NCBI GenBank assembly: GCA_038245785.1
Contig: JBBRSB010000038.1
Location: 1-40,985, forward strand
Length of the DNA stretch: 40,985 bases
Direction of reading: 5' to 3'
Origin: Gloeobacterales cyanobacterium
GTDB lineage: Bacteria > Cyanobacteriota > Cyanobacteriia > Gloeobacterales > PMM-0068
Every line of letters begins with the position of its first letter. Position 1 is the stretch's first letter. This document shows positions 1 through 10,076 of this stretch, piece by piece. The notes under the pieces were generated by a model. It made no database searches. It saw nothing but the letters and a program-made list of their open reading frames with translations, and was not told the origin of the DNA. The position numbers and the translations under genes were made by a program.

Positions 1-17
1 AGGCCCTTGCGGGCCAG

Positions 18-350
18 CTCCCCACCCTGCGGGAAGGCTTCGCCTAGGGAGGGGAGCCTTTGCTGCAAAGAGGCTCAAGCTTATGACATGCACCGCACAT
101 TGATTCTAGAAAGCTTAGGCATCCAAGCAGTAGATAGCGTGGACTATCGCTTAGGTAGTGTTTGCACCCAAATCCAAACTATCTTTCTGCCCCCAGAGGA
201 GGCTCCCCTTAAGGGGAGCTGGCCCGTAGGGCCTGAGGGGTTCAAGACTCAGGAGAATGAATCAACCCCCCAACTTTGGGGGGTTCTGCACTTAAAGTCC
301 CCCAGAATACTCTCCGAGAAGCTGACGCTGTGGGTGATTTAGGGAGCGTC
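18..350. repeat. Cluster of GC-rich palindromic REP/SDR-like repeats around a possible DUF559-endonuclease remnant
   Basis: Hairpins CTCCCC...GGGGAG (18-57), GCTCCCCTTAAGGGGAGC (202-219) and CCCCCCAACTTTGGGGGG (266-283). The intervening frame reads AQAYDMHRTLILESLGIQ, which resembles a DUF559 C-terminus. Confidence 0.55.
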
Positions 351-369
351 CGGGATTCATGTAGGAGAT

Positions 370-1599
370 CTATAGATCTAGTTGAATAAAGAGAGCCTTT
401 AAATAATTGCCCTCTTTAAAACGAACAGGATGGTCTAAGGCATGTCCGGTGCGTTCTAAGATCGAAAAAGAGCGTTTTTCAAGGCCACTTTCGATAGCGG
501 TCTCAAATTCCTCTGGCGATACATGGGCCGAGCAGGAACAACTGACTAAGATTCCTCGCGGGTTAACGACACTAGCACCAAGGGCTGTGAGCGTTGCATA
601 GGCATTGAGGGCCTGTAAACGGTCCGAAGCTCGCTGGGCAAAAGAAGGAGGGTCTAAAATCACTAGATCGAATTTCTGGCCTTGCTGTCTCAAGTTTGAT
701 AACTGTTCAAAAGCATCTCCCTGCAAGCATTGATGAGGGATGTCCGCCAAAGAAGGATTGAGCAAAAAGTTGCGGACCGCACTTTCCAAAGCGTGAGCAC
801 TGAGGTCTAAGCTGACTACACTTTTGGCCCCACCACGAGCAGCATAGACAGAAAACCCGCCAGAGAAACTGAAGACATTGAGGACTCGCTTGTCTTTGGC
901 TAAGGCTTGAACTCTGGCACGATTATCTCTCTGGTCCAAGAAAAATCCTGTCTTTTGACCTTTTAAGACCTCGGCCTCAAAGCTCAGGCCATTCTCTAGA
1001 AAAATTATAGGGCCTTGGATCGGTTCTCCATAGAGTATCTGACCGTCGCTCAGACCATAGAGATACTGCGGATGTTGCTGCATCCCTCTGCTCAACCGCA
1101 AAACTAAGTGGGGCAGGGGAAGTAGTTCTTGGATAGCCTGTAAAACGTTGCTGAGATGAGGAATCCAGCAGCAGCTATAAAGCTTCAGCACAAGCGTATT
1201 GGCGTAGCGGTCGAGGACGAGTCCGGGTAGGCCATCATTCTCGCCATAGACCAGTCGATAGCCCGTTGTGTCCGTATTTAGCAGCGTCTCCCGCAGGCTG
1301 AAGGCGAGCTGTAATCGCTCCTGGAACCAAACTTGGTTGATAGTGGCAGGTTTTCTGGCCTGCAAAATGCGCAGGCGAATCACCGAAGTTGGGTCATAGA
1401 GCCCTACGGCCAAAAATTTATTGCGATGGTCAAAGATCACGCCCAGGCTGCCCGGAGGTCCTTCTCCCTGCTGTTCTTGAATCGATTGGTCGAAGAGCCA
1501 GGGGTGTCCTGAACGCAAAACAGCCTCAATCCGATGACTGACCCGAAATTTTAGAGCCCGCTGGGGAATACTAGGAATAGCGTCTGGGGAAAGGGACAT
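370..1599 (-). CDS. RlmI-like SAM-dependent rRNA m5C methyltransferase (PUA + MTase)
   Basis: SGHPW N-terminus, GENDGLPGL, GQKTGFFLDQRDNR, VLNVFSFSGGF, LDPPSF, DHP...YLK motifs. Confidence 0.88.
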   Translation of the reverse strand: MSLSPDAIPSIPQRALKFRVSHRIEAVLRSGHPWLFDQSIQEQQGEGPPGSLGVIFDHRNKFLAVGLYDPTSVIRLRILQARKPATINQVWFQERLQLAFSLRETLLNTDTTGYRLVYGENDGLPGLVLDRYANTLVLKLYSCCWIPHLSNVLQAIQELLPLPHLVLRLSRGMQQHPQYLYGLSDGQILYGEPIQGPIIFLENGLSFEAEVLKGQKTGFFLDQRDNRARVQALAKDKRVLNVFSFSGGFSVYAARGGAKSVVSLDLSAHALESAVRNFLLNPSLADIPHQCLQGDAFEQLSNLRQQGQKFDLVILDPPSFAQRASDRLQALNAYATLTALGASVVNPRGILVSCSCSAHVSPEEFETAIESGLEKRSFSILERTGHALDHPVRFKEGNYLKALFIQLDL

Positions 1600-1637
1600 A
1601 GCAACAAAAAAGCCCCATCTGGAATTATGATAGTTAC

Positions 1638-1835
1638 ATGATTAAGCAAATTAATGAAGTCTCAAAAGGAATTCAGGTCCAATTAGCAGACGGAAGAAAA
1701 GGAACGATCGGTGAGCAGGAGTCCGATGGAAGAGTGCAACTCTTCCTGCCCCATCTAGAAATATTGTCTCCGCGCACCTTAGTGAAACTTGTAGGCGAAG
1801 AAAGACGCTCCTCTTCTACACGCAACAGTAGATAA
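1638..1835 (+). CDS. Small hypothetical protein
   Basis: 65-aa ATG ORF filling the intergenic gap, plausible composition; no family recognised. Confidence 0.45.
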   Translation: MIKQINEVSKGIQVQLADGRKGTIGEQESDGRVQLFLPHLEILSPRTLVKLVGEERRSSSTRNSR

Positions 1836-1941
1836 GCGCTTCTTCCTACACTTCTGTCCTTCTGGCGTAGAGCCTGAACCCGCAGTTCTCCATGGTTATC
1901 GAACCTCGCTACAATCATGAGGTTCCTATTTCCAGTGCTCT

Positions 1942-3093
1942 GTGGATTTAAGTTTCAATCCGCTAGATATTCCAAACGGTTGGCATCCCACCGTTTTCGT
2001 TTTGAATGTCTTTTTTCTGGGGATGGTCACCTATAATCGCTGGTTTTTCCACAAGGTCACCCCTAGTACCCAAGAATGTGCGGCGCTTGATTCTGATAAT
2101 TTTGTTTCGGTTTTAGTTCCTGCTCGAAATGAAGAGAATAATATTCGCACCTGTATTACTTCTCTTCTAACTCAAGACTATCCTCACTATGAAGTGATCG
2201 TGCTCGATGACGAATCGACAGACAACACAGCGGCTATTCTTCAGGAGTTAGCCGCTCAAGATGCACGCTTGAGAATTCTCCGGGGCAGTGAGCTGCCTTC
2301 AGGCTGGCGGGGTAAGCCCTATGCCTGTCATCAGCTCGCTCAGGTGGCTCAAGGGACCTATTTTTTATTTACCGATGCAGACACGGTCCATACACCCCAG
2401 AGTGTTCGCTATCTGCTAACGACGTTCCTTAAGCATGATGCAGATCTCGTCACCACCTTCCCCTATCAAATCGTCAAGACCTGGAGTGAGAAGCTGCTGG
2501 TTTCTTTCATGCTCCGCCTAGGATATTTTTTCCTGCCCTTTTCATTTGTTTGTGACGTAAAAAAACCGCTGGCTCTAGCCTGTGGCCAATATTTAGCAGT
2601 GAAGGCTGAAAGTTATCACAAAATTGGCGGGCACGAACGTGTTAAAGATACGGTCACCGAAGATGTTCCGCTCTCACGGGTCTATAAAAAGGAAGGCTTA
2701 AAAATCATTTGGTTTGAAGGTTCTCGTGCTGTTTCTTGCCGGATGTATCGCAGTCTCCAAGAGCTTTGGCAAGGTTTTTCCCGCAGTTACTACGACGGTT
2801 TTGGTTCCCCCTTGATCCTCTTGGGATTTCTCTATTTATTACTTGCTGGGATGTTCGGACCCGTGGTCTTCTTGGGCTTATGGCTTTTTGGAAAAGGTTC
2901 TTTACTGCCCGTTGCTGTGGAGTTAGGTTTGCTGCTGCTCGCCCGTTGGGTGCTTCTAGACCAGTGGAAAGAACCTTGGTGGCTCTTAATCGCCCATCCA
3001 GTCAGCATCCTGGCAACTTTTGTGATCGCTGTAAATTCTTGGCGGATTCGCCAGCTCAAACAAGTTACCTGGCGAGGAAGAGCGGTGAGTTAG
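1942..3093 (+). CDS. GT2 glycosyltransferase (CruG/CrtQ-like, possibly carotenoid glycosyltransferase)
   Basis: VSVLVPARNEE, DDESTD, GWRGKPYAC, FTDAD, TED motifs; C-terminal TM helices ending TWRGR. Confidence 0.8.
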   Translation: MDLSFNPLDIPNGWHPTVFVLNVFFLGMVTYNRWFFHKVTPSTQECAALDSDNFVSVLVPARNEENNIRTCITSLLTQDYPHYEVIVLDDESTDNTAAILQELAAQDARLRILRGSELPSGWRGKPYACHQLAQVAQGTYFLFTDADTVHTPQSVRYLLTTFLKHDADLVTTFPYQIVKTWSEKLLVSFMLRLGYFFLPFSFVCDVKKPLALACGQYLAVKAESYHKIGGHERVKDTVTEDVPLSRVYKKEGLKIIWFEGSRAVSCRMYRSLQELWQGFSRSYYDGFGSPLILLGFLYLLLAGMFGPVVFLGLWLFGKGSLLPVAVELGLLLLARWVLLDQWKEPWWLLIAHPVSILATFVIAVNSWRIRQLKQVTWRGRAVS

Positions 3094-3177
3094 TCCCGCT
3101 TCGGGGGTGAGGGCCTTAAGATTTTGAAAACAGAATCGGCTTTAGAAAATAGAATGGGTAAAAGCATGGAGTCTACT

Positions 3178-3765
3178 ATGTCCTTCGTCCTACCTACTTT
3201 GCCTTACGACAAAGCAGCGCTTGCCCCCCATCTCACAGAAGAGAATATCGACCTCCACTACAGCAAGCACCACAATTCTTACGTAGTGAACCTCAACAAA
3301 TTTATTGAGGATGGTAAGGTTGATGGCAGCAAGACGCTTGAAGAAGTCATTCTGTCCTCCGACGGTCCTGTATTCAATAACGCAGCTCAAATCTGGAACC
3401 ATACTTTCTACTGGAGCAGCCTAAAGCCACAGGGTGGCGGTGAACCTACGGGTGCGCTTGCCGAAGCTATCAACCGTGACTTTGGCTCCTTCGCTAAGTT
3501 CAAAGAAGAGTTTACCAATGCTGCAGTCAGTCAGTTTGGCTCTGGCTGGGCTTGGCTAGTGGTAGAGGATGGCCAGCTAAAGGTCACGAAGACCGGCAAC
3601 GCTGACCTTCCCTTGAAGTATGGCCAAAAGGCATTGATTACTTGTGATGTATGGGAGCACGCCTATTACCCCACGTACAAGAATCTTCGTCCCAAGTATG
3701 TCGAGACTTTCTTGAATAGCTTGGCTAACTGGGACTTTGCGGCGGAAAACTTAGCCAAGGCGTAA
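3178..3765 (+). CDS. sodB: Fe superoxide dismutase
   Basis: HYSKHH, NNAAQIWNHTFYW (Fe-type AAQ), FGSGW, DVWEHAYY; start moved to ATG 3178 after GGAG. Confidence 0.93.
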   Translation: MSFVLPTLPYDKAALAPHLTEENIDLHYSKHHNSYVVNLNKFIEDGKVDGSKTLEEVILSSDGPVFNNAAQIWNHTFYWSSLKPQGGGEPTGALAEAINRDFGSFAKFKEEFTNAAVSQFGSGWAWLVVEDGQLKVTKTGNADLPLKYGQKALITCDVWEHAYYPTYKNLRPKYVETFLNSLANWDFAAENLAKA

Positions 3766-3783
3766 TAGCTGAGTTAAAGCTTC

Positions 3784-3817
3784 AAAATCCCTCTTGCTGC
3801 TGGCGAGGGGGATTTTT
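3784..3817 (+). terminator. Intrinsic terminator after sodB
   Basis: AAAATCCCTCTTGC...GCGAGGGGGATTTTT stem plus T tract. Confidence 0.75.
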
Positions 3818-3931
3818 ACAGGAATATTCTTGAAAAAGACGGTTAAAGGCTTAAGACTTCTGTGGGTGAAAGAACCGATACCCAGTTAACCTCGTTAGAA
3901 TGGGTGCAATCATCTATTTCCTCTCTCGGTC

Positions 3932-4942
3932 TTGAAAAAAACCGCCGTTTTGCTTGTGGGGTATGGTGAAGTCCCTGCCCACAGAAGTCCTCGTGACTTC
4001 TACGACTACAATCACAAGGCCTTGAAGCTCTTGGCGGGAAAATTTTTGCCCAATACGCCCTGGAGTGATGCGATTCTGACGCGGCTGCTCTCTTGGTGGG
4101 ACCATCGAGAATGGGAGCAAGAACATCGGTTCCAATCCCCCTACAACTGGATTTTTGAAAAACAGCGTATCGGAGTAGAGCGCTATCTACAAGCAGAGTA
4201 TGGAAAGGATATCCAGGTATTCAAGGCTTTTAATTTCTGCGATGGCTTTTTGCCGGAACAGGTTTTGACTCAGATTCAAGCCCAGGGATTTGAGCGGCTG
4301 GTTCTTTTTCCTCTGCTGGTAATCGATTCAGCGTTTACAACGGGTATCACCGTTCAACAAGTTAACCAAGTTTTGAATATCCGAGACTTCCGCTGTCTTC
4401 CTTCTTTCACCGAGCGTACCGATTATCACGACTGGATTGGCACCTTCCTCACTCATCAAATCATTCAGACCAATGGCATCTATAACCCTTCTCAGGTAGG
4501 TTTAGTGCTCATGACCTATGGCTCTCCTTTAGAAACCAGAGGATACGACACGGGCATCCGAGAAAATCAAAATCTCTATGAGAGCGTACGCCAAAGACTG
4601 GTACATCAATTTCCCTTGATTTCCATTGGTTGGCTAAATCACAATATCCCCGTCGGCTGGACCCGCCCAGACGTCAATCAGGCCGCAGAAAATCTGCTGC
4701 ATCTGGGAGCCAAAACTCTTGTGTTTTGCCCCATCGGTTCTGCCACTGATAATCATGAAACGCTATTAGACCTGGGGCGCACCGTGCGCCGCCTCAGAAA
4801 AAGACGGATCCCCTGTACCCAGCTACCTTGCCCCAATGACGACCCTGGCTTTCTAAAATTGTTGGTGCGCTGGTTGACCCCTTTAATTACAACAGAGAAC
4901 GAGACTAGGGTACTCAGCCAAAAAACATCTTCCAAGCCATAA
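3932..4942 (+). CDS. Ferrochelatase-family paralogue lacking CAB domain; conserved His apparently replaced by Tyr
   Basis: VLLVGYGEV, FKAFNFC, PLLVIDS, IGWLNH, PIGSATDNHETL; MTYGSP where the family has an H-G motif. Confidence 0.75.
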   Translation: MKKTAVLLVGYGEVPAHRSPRDFYDYNHKALKLLAGKFLPNTPWSDAILTRLLSWWDHREWEQEHRFQSPYNWIFEKQRIGVERYLQAEYGKDIQVFKAFNFCDGFLPEQVLTQIQAQGFERLVLFPLLVIDSAFTTGITVQQVNQVLNIRDFRCLPSFTERTDYHDWIGTFLTHQIIQTNGIYNPSQVGLVLMTYGSPLETRGYDTGIRENQNLYESVRQRLVHQFPLISIGWLNHNIPVGWTRPDVNQAAENLLHLGAKTLVFCPIGSATDNHETLLDLGRTVRRLRKRRIPCTQLPCPNDDPGFLKLLVRWLTPLITTENETRVLSQKTSSKP

Positions 4943-5123
4943 AGCTGACGGCAAGGACCAAGCTGGAAGTTCCAAAAAGCATCAGGCCCATCCCAATAGC
5001 TTTGTCCATCCAGCTTACGGGAGTACCGTTATTGTCCCCGACAACAGACTCATACTTGCGGTTGTCCCACTCAAAGTCTTCATTCTTGGCATTGTTACTT
5101 TTCCTATCCACAAGCGAAGCCAT
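4914..5123 (-). CDS. Small single-TM hypothetical protein
   Basis: 69-aa ATG ORF with C-terminal hydrophobic helix, convergent with the ferrochelatase paralogue. Confidence 0.55.
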   Translation of the reverse strand: MASLVDRKSNNAKNEDFEWDNRKYESVVGDNNGTPVSWMDKAIGMGLMLFGTSSLVLAVSFMAWKMFFG

Positions 5124-5252
5124 GATTTTAAAAAGTTATTCTTGTCTGTCTAACAATATACATATAGCTTCTAACTTCAATAAGTTAAAATTATTGAAGT
5201 AACGGAATGTTACAGCATTTTCTATAATTTTTGCCTCTAAATTGGGTGCCCT

Positions 5253-6881
5253 ATGGCTTGTACCTTACTCTGGTTTCGCCGGGATTTACGCTTGCGGGAT
5301 CATCCAGCTCTAGTGCGCGCAGCACAACGGGGAGCTGTAATTCCCGTTTTCATCCTGGACCCGAGCCTACTGCATCATCCAGAGACAGGAAGTGCCCGAG
5401 TTGCCTTTTTATTGGACTGTTTGCGTTCCTTAGACAAAGAATTACGACAGCGCGGTGGTTATCTTATCCTGCGCTATGGTCAACCAGAGCAAATTTTGCC
5501 AGAGCTTGTCCGCCAGACCGAGGCGGACGGAGTCTATGCTCTCGAAGACGCAGAGCGTTTGTATGGTCGGGTCCGCGACGAGCGCATCAATCAGATTTTT
5601 GAGCGCGACGGACTACGCATCCGTTGGTTCGCCTGTGCCGGTTTGGTCCATGAACTGATGGACTATGCCACCTATCGGGAAGGGTGGTTTCAGGAAATGC
5701 AGGAAGCGATACTCCCTATCCCAAAAGAGATTATCATCCCACCAGGAATCCAGACAGAACCGATTCCAAACCTTGAAACCCTAGGACTGATTCCAGACGG
5801 CAAACCAATTCCAGAAGGAGGTGCTCAAGCTGCTCATGCGCTCTTGAAGCAGTTTTTAAATAACAGCTTGACCCGCTATCACTGGCAGCTTTCCTATCCT
5901 GCTGCCGATATCACTAGTCGTCTCAGTCCCTATCTGAAATTCGGCGTACTCAGTATCCGAGAGGCGATTCAAGCGGCTGAGCGGATATTGCCTTCTAAAG
6001 ACTATCGGGTGCAGCGTAGCGTAGACCAATTTATTGCCCGCCTGCGGTGGCGTGATGGCTTTGACCAAAGATACGTCTATTTACCTCAGCTCGAATTGCA
6101 GTCTTTATATAAAGGATTTGAGCAGACAGAGCAAGAGCCGGAAGTTTTTCCAGAGTCTTACCAAGCGTGGTGTGATGGTTTAACCGGATTTCCCTTGATC
6201 GATGCTAGCGCTCGCTGTCTGGTGGCCACGGGTTTTCTTAACTTTAGGGCAAGGGCTTTATACACCAGTTTTTTGACTAATTTATTGAACATCGACTGGC
6301 GGTTTGGAGCTCTGCACTATATGCGTCATCTGATCGATGGCGAAACCTGTATTGACCACTATCAACATCAAATGCAAGCAGGGATTACTCACTGTCTAGA
6401 TAAGCGCTGGACTCGTATTTATAACCCTGAGCAAAGAGGAGTGGACCGCTGCGATCCTGATTCAGCCTTTATTCGCAGATGGATACCTGAATTAAAAGAT
6501 GTCCCCAATGAATATCTGGGTTCTCCCTGGGAAACTAGTTTATTTAGACCAAAAGATTATCCTGAACGCATGATCGACTATAAAGCTCAAAGAGCTAAAA
6601 GAATCAACTATTTAGATAGCATTCGCAGTGAGTTTATAAATCAAAAAAATATTCTGCCTTGGCTCAATAACTTAAGAGAAGATCTTAGACCCTTTGGTTA
6701 TAAACTTTTCAAAAGTGAAATTCAGTGGGCTGAGCAAACTTCAGGGCTATATCCTGTAGCTTTACCTTTAGAAGATTTGGACCAAGCTCAAGCAGCACAA
6801 TTACGCACTTGGTTCACGGCACCCTTAGAAATGAAAGCCCATGACGGTTGGAAAAAGAAGCAAGTTACTTCTCTTTCCTAA
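5253..6881 (+). CDS. Cryptochrome/DNA photolyase family protein
   Basis: LLWFRRDLRLRDHPAL, TSRLSPYLKFG, TGFPLIDA, IDWRFGA, RIYNP, FIRRWIPEL. Confidence 0.88.
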   Translation: MACTLLWFRRDLRLRDHPALVRAAQRGAVIPVFILDPSLLHHPETGSARVAFLLDCLRSLDKELRQRGGYLILRYGQPEQILPELVRQTEADGVYALEDAERLYGRVRDERINQIFERDGLRIRWFACAGLVHELMDYATYREGWFQEMQEAILPIPKEIIIPPGIQTEPIPNLETLGLIPDGKPIPEGGAQAAHALLKQFLNNSLTRYHWQLSYPAADITSRLSPYLKFGVLSIREAIQAAERILPSKDYRVQRSVDQFIARLRWRDGFDQRYVYLPQLELQSLYKGFEQTEQEPEVFPESYQAWCDGLTGFPLIDASARCLVATGFLNFRARALYTSFLTNLLNIDWRFGALHYMRHLIDGETCIDHYQHQMQAGITHCLDKRWTRIYNPEQRGVDRCDPDSAFIRRWIPELKDVPNEYLGSPWETSLFRPKDYPERMIDYKAQRAKRINYLDSIRSEFINQKNILPWLNNLREDLRPFGYKLFKSEIQWAEQTSGLYPVALPLEDLDQAQAAQLRTWFTAPLEMKAHDGWKKKQVTSLS

Positions 6882-7104
6882 AACATTAACGTTTCTGTCT
6901 GCTTAACTATTCATTTTCTTATAGTAATAATAGAAAAACTCATAGGTACTGGTTATTGTAGACCACGGGAGTAGCGCCAGAAGCTATTTCAAGAAACATT
7001 AACGGAACGTAAAGAGATGGTAAGCAAAACTACGCCCTGAAGTCCTGAATGCTAGGGTATAAGCAATTCCAGCTCTCTTATTGCCCAATAAAAGGATGGT
7101 GCCT

Positions 7105-7671
7105 ATGAACTTAGTGATCCAAGGAAAAAACATCGAGATCACCGACGCAATTCGAGACTATGTAAACACTAAAATCCATAAGGCGGTAGACCCTTTCAAT
7201 CAATTAATTACTGAAGTCGATGTTCATCTTTCGGTAGCCAAGAATCCACGCATTAGTGGTGGGCACATCGCTGAAGTCACCGTTTACGCTAATGGCACGG
7301 TAGTCCGTTCAGAGGAGGCTTCTGAAAGTCTGTATGCAAGCCTGGATGTAGTAGCAGATAAGCTACAGCGACAACTGCGCAAGTACAAAGAGCGGGTGAA
7401 AGCAAAGGCCAGAGAAAAGACTGCTGCTGCAGTTAGTGACACCTCAGAGAATAGCGGCCACTTAGAAAATAATAAAACAGCTCAACTGCCTAAAGAAGTT
7501 GTCCGCATGAAGTACTTCGCAATGGCTCCCTTGTCTATCGAGGAAGCATCAGAACGTTTAGGACTGGTAGGACATGATTTCTTCGTGTTTCGCAATAAAG
7601 ATACGAATCAAATTAATGTCGTGTATGAACGGAACCATGGTGGTTTTGGGGTAATCGTCCCTAGAGATTGA
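7105..7671 (+). CDS. hpf: Ribosome hibernation promoting factor (long HPF / LrtA)
   Basis: [37 protein letters not shown]-terminal GHDFFVFRN...VVYER. Confidence 0.93.
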   Translation: MNLVIQGKNIEITDAIRDYVNTKIHKAVDPFNQLITEVDVHLSVAKNPRISGGHIAEVTVYANGTVVRSEEASESLYASLDVVADKLQRQLRKYKERVKAKAREKTAAAVSDTSENSGHLENNKTAQLPKEVVRMKYFAMAPLSIEEASERLGLVGHDFFVFRNKDTNQINVVYERNHGGFGVIVPRD

Positions 7672-7690
7672 CGTTAGTCGAAATTCCTTA

Positions 7691-7714
7691 GGGGCGCACA
7701 CTGTGCGCCCTTTT
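7691..7714 (+). terminator. Intrinsic terminator after hpf
   Basis: GGGCGCAC-ACT-GTGCGCCC hairpin followed by TTTT. Confidence 0.7.
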
Positions 7715-7815
7715 GCATGTCATGAAATCGCGTCATACCCATAAAACATCGGCACGGTTGGTTGGCCATTCCCCATTCCCCCCATATCATAGGAAAAGCC
7801 CCCAAGAGAATTCCT

Positions 7816-8766
7816 GTGAGCACCGTCAGCCTTATCCGCGCTCGTTCCTACGAGTCTCGCGCACTGCGTACCTCCATTTTGGAAGCCCTAGCTCCTTTGG
7901 GCGGGCTCGAAGCTTTTATCAAATCGCAGGACCGGGTACTGCTCAAACCAAATCTACTCACAGGTGCACGACCCACAAAAGCCTGTACCACTAATCCAGC
8001 GATAGTCCGGGAAGTGGCACTGCTTGTGAAAGAGGCGGGTGGAAAACCTTTCTTAGGAGACAGCCCTGCTTTTGGTTCTGCCCGTGGCGTCGCCAAAGCC
8101 AACGGTCTTTTAGAAATTGCCCAAGAACTAGAGCTACCGATTGTTGAATTTCGTGGCGCACGCTTCAACTCTGCCGGGGAAACTTTTGACCACTTGCGAC
8201 TCTCTAAAGAAGCGATGGAAGCGGATGTAGTTCTTAATCTGCCCAAGATTAAATCTCATATGCAACTAACAGCCACCTTAGCCGTCAAAAATTTATTTGG
8301 CTGTGTCCCAGGAAAGCTCAAGGCTTGGTGGCATCTGGATTCAGGCAAAGACCGGATCAAATTTGGCAAAATGCTGGTGGAAACGGCGGCGACCATCAAT
8401 CCCCAACTCACCATCGTTGACGGCATCATTGGTCATGAAGGCAATGGTCCCAGCAATGGGGAGCCCAAGGAACTAGGTTTGCTGTGCGCTTCCAATAACG
8501 TATTTGCCCTGGATCATGTGCTGTGCGCTGTACTCAACATCGACCCAGCAACCATGCCCACGATGGAAGCGGCCCGACTCCTGAATATTGGTCCTCAATC
8601 CTTGTCCGAGATCGAAATTCGGGGACTCTCCCTGGAAGAAGCTCACTGCTCTGACTGGAAACTACCTGACAGCCTAGTGCCCATCGATTTTGGTTTGCCT
8701 CGCGTGGTCCGTTCGACGATCCGGGATGTCTACACCCGCTGGGTGCTAGAGCCTCAGCAGAAATGA
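7816..8766 (+). CDS. DUF362 domain protein
   Basis: VLLKPNLL, TNPAIV, GDSP, LNLPKIKSH, AVKNLFG, IVDGIIGHEGNGP; GTG start at 7816 inferred. Confidence 0.85.
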   Translation: MSTVSLIRARSYESRALRTSILEALAPLGGLEAFIKSQDRVLLKPNLLTGARPTKACTTNPAIVREVALLVKEAGGKPFLGDSPAFGSARGVAKANGLLEIAQELELPIVEFRGARFNSAGETFDHLRLSKEAMEADVVLNLPKIKSHMQLTATLAVKNLFGCVPGKLKAWWHLDSGKDRIKFGKMLVETAATINPQLTIVDGIIGHEGNGPSNGEPKELGLLCASNNVFALDHVLCAVLNIDPATMPTMEAARLLNIGPQSLSEIEIRGLSLEEAHCSDWKLPDSLVPIDFGLPRVVRSTIRDVYTRWVLEPQQK

Positions 8767-8767
8767 T

Positions 8768-8822
8768 CCCCCAGGGGGACTTTGAGTTCAGAACCCCCCA
8801 AAGTTGGGGGGCAGGGGGGCTA
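8768..8822. repeat. REP/SDR-like palindromic repeat, inverted copy of 266-303
   Basis: 8774-8811 is the reverse complement of 266-303 with 2 mismatches in 38 nt; lies between convergent genes. Confidence 0.8.
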
Positions 8823-8828
8823 GGAGAT

Positions 8829-9467
8829 CTAAGACTGACGACGAGCGATTTCTTGACGGATAGATTCCATCGTTTTAGGAATATCTTCCTTAAAGGCATC
8901 GCGCAGAACCCCTTTTGGAACACTACTATCGGCTTTGGCGGCAACCTGATAGGTGAGCAAGGTCTTAGGCCCACTGCCACGGGGGATCTCATCTACAGGC
9001 TGAATCGTCCATCCACCCGTAAATTGCTCAAAGAAGCCTTCCGTACGGTCAAACTGGAGCTTCTCTTCCGGTTGTTCTGTGACGGCTACGGTGACAGAAG
9101 AACGTACTGGAAAGAAAAGAACTTGTCGTTGGAAGGTCTGGCGCAGTCGCTTATGACCTTGAGCATCGGGAGCCAGGAGGGTACTATCCACAAGATTGGG
9201 CGTAAATTTTTTGAGATTGCCATAGTCTGTGAGTACTTCCCAAGCTTGTTTTTGGGAGGCATTGACCAAGATCCGAGCAGTATACTTGACCACCCCTTGC
9301 GGATCTTCATTTCCATCGATGGACACGTTTCCTTTACGCAAAGCAACGCGTTCTTCCACGGGTAGTCGGTCTACAGGACCATCAAAAAGCTTTTGAGCGG
9401 AAGCACTATTTAGAACCAACGAGCTAGAAAGGGCCAATGAACCAAGAACAGAAATCAGTTTTTTCAT
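8829..9467 (-). CDS. SRPBCC/polyketide cyclase family protein with signal peptide
   Basis: MKKLISVLG signal peptide, AWEVLTDYGNL..F.PNL, EGFFEQFTGGWTIQP. Confidence 0.8.
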   Translation of the reverse strand: MKKLISVLGSLALSSSLVLNSASAQKLFDGPVDRLPVEERVALRKGNVSIDGNEDPQGVVKYTARILVNASQKQAWEVLTDYGNLKKFTPNLVDSTLLAPDAQGHKRLRQTFQRQVLFFPVRSSVTVAVTEQPEEKLQFDRTEGFFEQFTGGWTIQPVDEIPRGSGPKTLLTYQVAAKADSSVPKGVLRDAFKEDIPKTMESIRQEIARRQS

Positions 9468-9643
9468 GGGTTGTGTCATCAATCTTAAGTAAGGGTAGAG
9501 GAAGAGCATAGAAGGTGATCAGATCTCTGGAGATTGGGGCGTAAGAATATTTGTTCCTGTTAACATCTGCTATTTTTGGGGATAGGCCTTCAACGCACTT
9601 CTGTCTTGATACGCCGGAGGAGTTGGGGCGGATCACTGTGCGC

Positions 9644-10021
9644 TTAATCTTCATCTAAAGGCAGACCAGACTGCACGCGCCCAAAGAAAGAAGGTTTCTC
9701 CCTGGGAAAATATCGTCCAAATTGAAGCTCATAGACCTCATCTTCACCTTGAGTTTCGACTACTAAATCAGAACGGGCATAACTGACACAAAGCAAGGCA
9801 TATCCCTCCTGCTGCAAGTCTTGGGAAAGTCCCATGGCTTCAGGCTGCTGGAGTTGGCCTGAGAGAACTTTCACCGCACACTCGGTACAGGCCCCATTGC
9901 GACAGGAAAAAGGTAGGGTAACCCCCTGTCGTTCTCCTGTTTGGAGAATATATTGGTCCTCTGGCACCTGGAAAGCATAATCATTTCCTTGATGCTGAAT
10001 GCGAACAGTGTGCTGTTTCAT
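9644..10021 (-). CDS. 2Fe-2S ferredoxin, Fed2/FdC2 type
   Basis: LPFSCRNGACTEC...ALLCVSY and C-terminal extension EDEVYELQFGRYF...GLPLDED. Confidence 0.9.
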   Translation of the reverse strand: MKQHTVRIQHQGNDYAFQVPEDQYILQTGERQGVTLPFSCRNGACTECAVKVLSGQLQQPEAMGLSQDLQQEGYALLCVSYARSDLVVETQGEDEVYELQFGRYFPREKPSFFGRVQSGLPLDED

Positions 10022-10076
10022 ACCCTCATTATCGGCTCTTTGCGCAAGACTCCACCCGTCTAATTAGTGGGGAATG

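Noticed and set aside
7..342. 111-aa ORF
   Set aside because: Mostly translation of palindromic repeats; at most an internal pseudogene fragment
8534..9365. ORFs 8534-8992 (-) and 8763-9365 (+)
   Set aside because: Antisense to well-supported genes and read through the REP-like repeat
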